From positions 2,112,001-2,176,000 of the forward strand of contig OZ243938.1 in NCBI GenBank assembly GCA_965214095.1: a stretch of DNA of 64,000 nucleotides, written 5' to 3'. Positions 61,834-64,000 of the stretch are shown here, in pieces. The notes beneath the pieces are model-generated. The model had not been told where the DNA came from. It saw nothing but the letters and a program-made list of their open reading frames with translations, and searched no databases. The stretch's first letter is position 1; each line of letters opens with the position of its first letter. A program made the position numbers and the translations under genes. This stretch comes from Candidatus Poribacteria bacterium. Its GTDB lineage: Bacteria; Poribacteria; WGA-4E; WGA-3G.

Positions 61834-64000
61834 CTACTTCACAATCAACATCTTACGCGTCGCAGAGAAATCGCCAGCGACGAATTTAATGAAATAGATG
61901 CCAGCAGAAACCTTCTCACCGACACCGTTTCTACCATCCCAATACGCCGCGCGACCCCGACTCTTGTAATAACCAACAGGCAATTGTCCAAGAGCAAGCT
62001 CACGCACAACGTCACCTTTCATATTGTAGATGATGAAAGAAACATCAGCAGATTGTGCCAACTGAAACGGAATCCACGTCTCTGGATTAAACGGATTCGG
62101 ATAATTGACCAATACCTGCGTTTCCAAGGGCTTATCCGATATACTCACGGCCGCAATCATGGGGACAGGTACATTCTCAGGTAGCACTTCAATAGGTTCA
62201 CGACTAACGAGATGACCATATCCGGTATGTCCTGGATGATAAACAATAACCTGTTCAATAAATGCGCTAACTGCATTTACATCTTCTGCACTACCCCTCT
62301 CTACAGACAATGTCTCGCTTTCAGTGCCACCGACAGGAATAGTTAGTGTATAGTCTCTAGTGCCTGTTACACCGTCTTGGACTGTTGCCCCGCCTGTGAC
62401 TACTACAAGTATGTTCATTGTGTAAGGTGCACCCGGTTTTAAAACCGCTTTAAACTTACCGTCTGACACTTTTTCAAGGACAGGATTAAGTCTTAAGAAT
62501 GTATCAGGATCACCATTGGATAAATGAAGATACTTCAATGCGGTAAGACCTACGAATAAACCATCTGGAATTGCGGTTAACTGGTTGCTACTCAGGTCAA
62601 GAGTTTCCAGTGATGTGAGTACATTAAATTCGGTACCAGACAAAGAAGTCAATGGATTATCCGACAATACAACTGAAGTCAACTGCGTTAGACTATCAAA
62701 AAAGCCAGAAGGAATTGAGGTTAACCCAATATCAGACAGGATAATTTCGGTGAGCGAGGTTAAATCATCAAACATACCCACTGTGAGCGTTAATGGGTTA
62801 CTTGACAGGTTGATTGATGTCAAAGACGTGATAGCAGACGCAGCATCAGGTATTCCAGACAAACCGTTATCAGCAAGGATTAGGGATGTCAGTGACGAGA
62901 GATCATCAAACAAATCTGATGGCAACGAACTGAAATCAAGTGAACTCATATCAAGCGTTGTCAACGCTGTCAAGTTCTCAAATATATCTGATGCCAGCGA
63001 TGTTATAGGGTTATCTGATATATTTAGATATGTCAACGCTGTGAGTGCATCAAATATATCTGAATGCAATGATGTCAATTCATTTTCGCTCAAATCAAGC
63101 GAGGTTAATATTGTCAACGAATTAAAAATATCCGAGGGTAATGACTCCAGTTCGTTTTCACTCAGATCAAGCTTTTCCAGCACTATCATACTATCAAAAA
63201 CACTTGAGTTTAATGACTGAAGATCGTTGCCATGCAAATCAAGACAGGTCAGTGAACCCAATATATTGAATACCGTTGCCGGCAACGTTCTCAACTTGTT
63301 ATTTGAGAGGTTCAGATTAGTAAGTCTTGGTAGACTGTTAAAGATAGCAACCGGCAATGACTCTATCTGATTCCCATCCCAAATGTTTTCCGCTGACAAA
63401 TCAAGGGTTGTGAGAGATGACAAATCAGCAAAAATACCAGCTGGAAGAGATGTCAACAGATTGTCCTGTAGGTATAACGTTTCCAAAGCAGTTAAACCAT
63501 TAAAATCAATCATTTTCAGATTCGTAATCTCTTTTGATTGCACATCAAGTGTGGTGATACTTTCAAGGTGCGTGGCAGTTATTTGATCCGCTCTGGTTAC
63601 ATTCGGGTCTCCAATCGCAGCAATAATAGCATCAATCACCGCTTGTGTTCGGTCGCCAATTTCGACCGTCTCTGGTTCTACATCAGTGACATTGATTGTC
63701 ACTGGGATGCTTACACTTGGATTCGTGTTGTCAGTCACCGATACAGTTACCGAATAACTTGATTTTACTTCAAAGTTGAGGCTATCCTTTGTCTTTAGCT
63801 GCCCGGTTGAGTCGTCAATATCAAAGGAGTTCATATCAGTGCCACTGAGCGTATACGTCAAGTTATTGTTTTCAGGATCAGTCGCAGAGACAGGAGAACC
63901 GATGTTGATATCTGAGGCACTATTTTCCGCAATACTTCGCGTCGCTGTATTGCCAAGCTCATCAAAGACAGGGGGTTCATTGACATCAGTCACGGTTATC
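61834..64000 (-). CDS. cadherin/LRR protein with CTD (5' end beyond window)
   Basis: Cadherin repeat, DRTQAVIDAIIAA cap, ~14 LRRs, NYPNPFNPETWIPF..TRKMLIVK. Confidence 0.88.
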   Translation of the reverse strand, partial: ITVTDVNEPPVFDELGNTATRSIAENSASDINIGSPVSATDPENNNLTYTLSGTDMNSFDIDDSTGQLKTKDSLNFEVKSSYSVTVSVTDNTNPSVSIPVTINVTDVEPETVEIGDRTQAVIDAIIAAIGDPNVTRADQITATHLESITTLDVQSKEITNLKMIDFNGLTALETLYLQDNLLTSLPAGIFADLSSLTTLDLSAENIWDGNQIESLPVAIFNSLPRLTNLNLSNNKLRTLPATVFNILGSLTCLDLHGNDLQSLNSSVFDSMIVLEKLDLSENELESLPSDIFNSLTILTSLDLSENELTSLHSDIFDALTALTYLNISDNPITSLASDIFENLTALTTLDMSSLDFSSLPSDLFDDLSSLTSLILADNGLSGIPDAASAITSLTSINLSSNPLTLTVGMFDDLTSLTEIILSDIGLTSIPSGFFDSLTQLTSVVLSDNPLTSLSGTEFNVLTSLETLDLSSNQLTAIPDGLFVGLTALKYLHLSNGDPDTFLRLNPVLEKVSDGKFKAVLKPGAPYTMNILVVVTGGATVQDGVTGTRDYTLTIPVGGTESETLSVERGSAEDVNAVSAFIEQVIVYHPGHTGYGHLVSREPIEVLPENVPVPMIAAVSISDKPLETQVLVNYPNPFNPETWIPFQLAQSADVSFIIYNMKGDVVRELALGQLPVGYYKSRGRAAYWDGRNGVGEKVSAGIYFIKFVAGDFSATRKMLIVK

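Noticed and set aside
12735-64000. Diversity-generating retroelement acting on the LRRs or CTDs
   Set aside because: No reverse transcriptase and no TR/VR pair differing only at adenines was seen in this window.

Overview
AT-rich bacterial window. Its gene content suggests (inference) a marine sponge-symbiont lineage such as Ca. Poribacteria: giant LRR/cadherin proteins, WD40 and YncE propellers, dockerin domains, and a recurrent C-terminal 'NYPNPFNPETWIP...TRKMLI(L/R/V)K' domain. 1-7.5 kb holds housekeeping genes (mmsA-like, S41 protease, gatCA, pcrA). 8-11.6 kb is a large degenerate primase-helicase-like orphan. 12.7-41.7 kb holds three tandem giant secreted LRR-Ig-cadherin proteins, with a fourth partial one at the right edge. 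45-50.8 kb is a cobalamin-riboswitch-led three-gene operon without recognisable btu genes. 51-59 kb has two related IS200/IS605 elements. One is a full tnpA-tnpB IS whose TnpA HUH motif is mutated. The other is a 335-bp element with no credible gene, carrying a consensus promoter and a structured RNA, a candidate stand-alone omega/reRNA cassette. Intergenic DNA is dense with REP-like hairpins and TA-bounded MITEs. No rRNA, tRNA or CRISPR array was seen.
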